NCBI GenBank assembly: GCA_046485285.1
Contig: JAWOHE010000047.1
Coordinates: forward strand, 1-26,155
Source: a bacterium
GTDB lineage: Bacteria > Hydrothermota > Tepidihabitantia > Tepidihabitantales > Tepidihabitantaceae
Direction: 5' to 3'
Length of the DNA stretch: 26,155 nt
Part shown: in pieces, positions 26,001-26,155 of the stretch
Numbering within the stretch: the stretch's first letter is position 1
How the letters are laid out: every line of letters begins with the position of its first letter
Program-made: the position numbers and the translations under genes
Notes under the pieces: generated by a model
Seen by the model: the letters and a program-made list of their open reading frames with translations, nothing else
Database searches by the model: none
What the model was told of the DNA's origin: nothing

Positions 26001-26155
26001 GGACGACGGCGAGGTCCGCTACACCCGGACGACCGCGGCGATAGCGGCCGGGGCCTGGGACGGCGGCCTGGCGGTGGACTGGGAAGCCGCGGTCGACCTC
26101 TCCGAATCGCCGGCAGCGGCGTCGGCCCACCCGGTGGTCGGTGCGGACCGAGACC
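23059..26155 (+). CDS. Large secreted BNR/Asp-box multi-propeller protein (partial, >1030 aa, runs off the window)
   Basis: SD AGGAGG, ATG at 23059, signal peptide MTGTARRNALMVLLLAAGVMTG-Q. I read the frame codon by codon and found no stop to 26155. Asp-box-like motifs RRSINSGANW and RSTDGGTTW. Absent from the ORF track because it has no stop. Confidence 0.85.
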   Translation, partial: MTGTARRNALMVLLLAAGVMTGQERQWAVVRRYQLSQPPSLKTYLVPNNSWAITRATGHIVTARTYGTNTVWIDRIPIGGGQPSSTSLSSGVDAVVRDVSIARVPHCPSTLAFVVKLDNEVYIRRSINSGANWSPEFKVSGEYSGGLEHVTVRHPSLAVDSAHYKSRAEVAWADSFPSIGWCTYTRYVNMDGEWTDSVPPRMLLKCAQWGVPGGGADYPSVGGRLGETYRLVASEFVRGAGPDYREIMFRGSEGGGSTAHYVTDNVVPDARPSLAWRNLPSGTADTTYIAYQQQMTDGSFEVKLSHAHEDNPSNWFHTTPCSTWQRNNFLKFGDVRHPSLWCSGPSSSSADTLYMVMVVGHLSDPGAKYLYFTSSDAGHIGYDWRTPSMISGITSDSVSICAHGDTAYAVYNRHHRWGQPESTRSFVVMLRLVQTRRLPQGEVDGNAGNRPLVQLQGGGLMFRALSTEDIVSAERSTDGGTTWFGMLTPGVGGSPSIAVGSDTVPCVIFTRADTVYCSWWSTDYQDWAEPVTVFIGAADAVPGPVSVALYPGLHDGVKVAAVTFAVYDPTAGSSLVLFAKADSGRVLLDTVATANSLADSFPQVVLCGDSTAYVVWQSYGQVLSRQKDFDPSCWTAHGSDWGSSIALSASGARPSLSAEDGIIHAVWREVEDTGMEDLYVIRSKSCDHAGVQWTGWQDDGSASATDNREKDWPGYAGAGVTYWLERVSGVWNVLARVRGDTVTLVDTDANSYLPSAVAESSAVSPSVNQVRVKLHWAEELPSDSCEYRFGVCSLNVSSAGSNATGQNNGVKLIRKDGSDSLFAVYSDVNGSLMYARSAGGGAWTRTALGSDAAEPALAADSTGRQWVASRYVGMAGAPRVELVYRDGAGWSGSCPVYVTSPGSSGPVSVAGASDGTDPCVWAAFLLNSGAPTGPSRFVVVAKADGAKLFLDTLASGGSELGDPSIATELAGGGDYVHVCWEDDGEVRYTRTTAAIAAGAWDGGLAVDWEAAVDLSESPAAASAHPVVGADRD

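Overview
High-GC bacterial chromosomal window, by inference a WOR-3/FCB-associated lineage (several secreted proteins end in T9SS-like C-terminal domains). From left to right: the 3' end of an IS256-family element, a truncated XRE gene and a cluster of nested palindromic repeats; addA-addB; a 30-aa basic ORF; a secreted propeller protein, a small EF-Tu-domain-II-like ORF and asnS, divergent from an extended type I asparaginase; a Kelch secreted protein; an rpmF-plsX-lipoprotein-OMP operon; a GT2 polyprenol-P-mannose synthase; GNAT and ogt (CTG start); a tandem SWIB-like protein; tRNA-Leu(CAG); about 1.5 kb of gene remnants (internally deleted TonB-receptor-like gene, orphan C-terminal sorting domain, signal-peptide stub, orphan sigma54 promoter); an FG-GAP protein; and a >1030-aa BNR-propeller gene that runs off the end and is missing from the ORF track. 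The most unusual signal is a family of modular palindromic repeats that sit inside intact coding sequence (three inserts in addA, two homologous copies read in different frames) and nest inside each other. Also notable are several apparently leaderless sigma70 promoters and an asparaginase with an unexplained C-terminal domain. All family assignments come from motif recognition by eye; no database searches were run.
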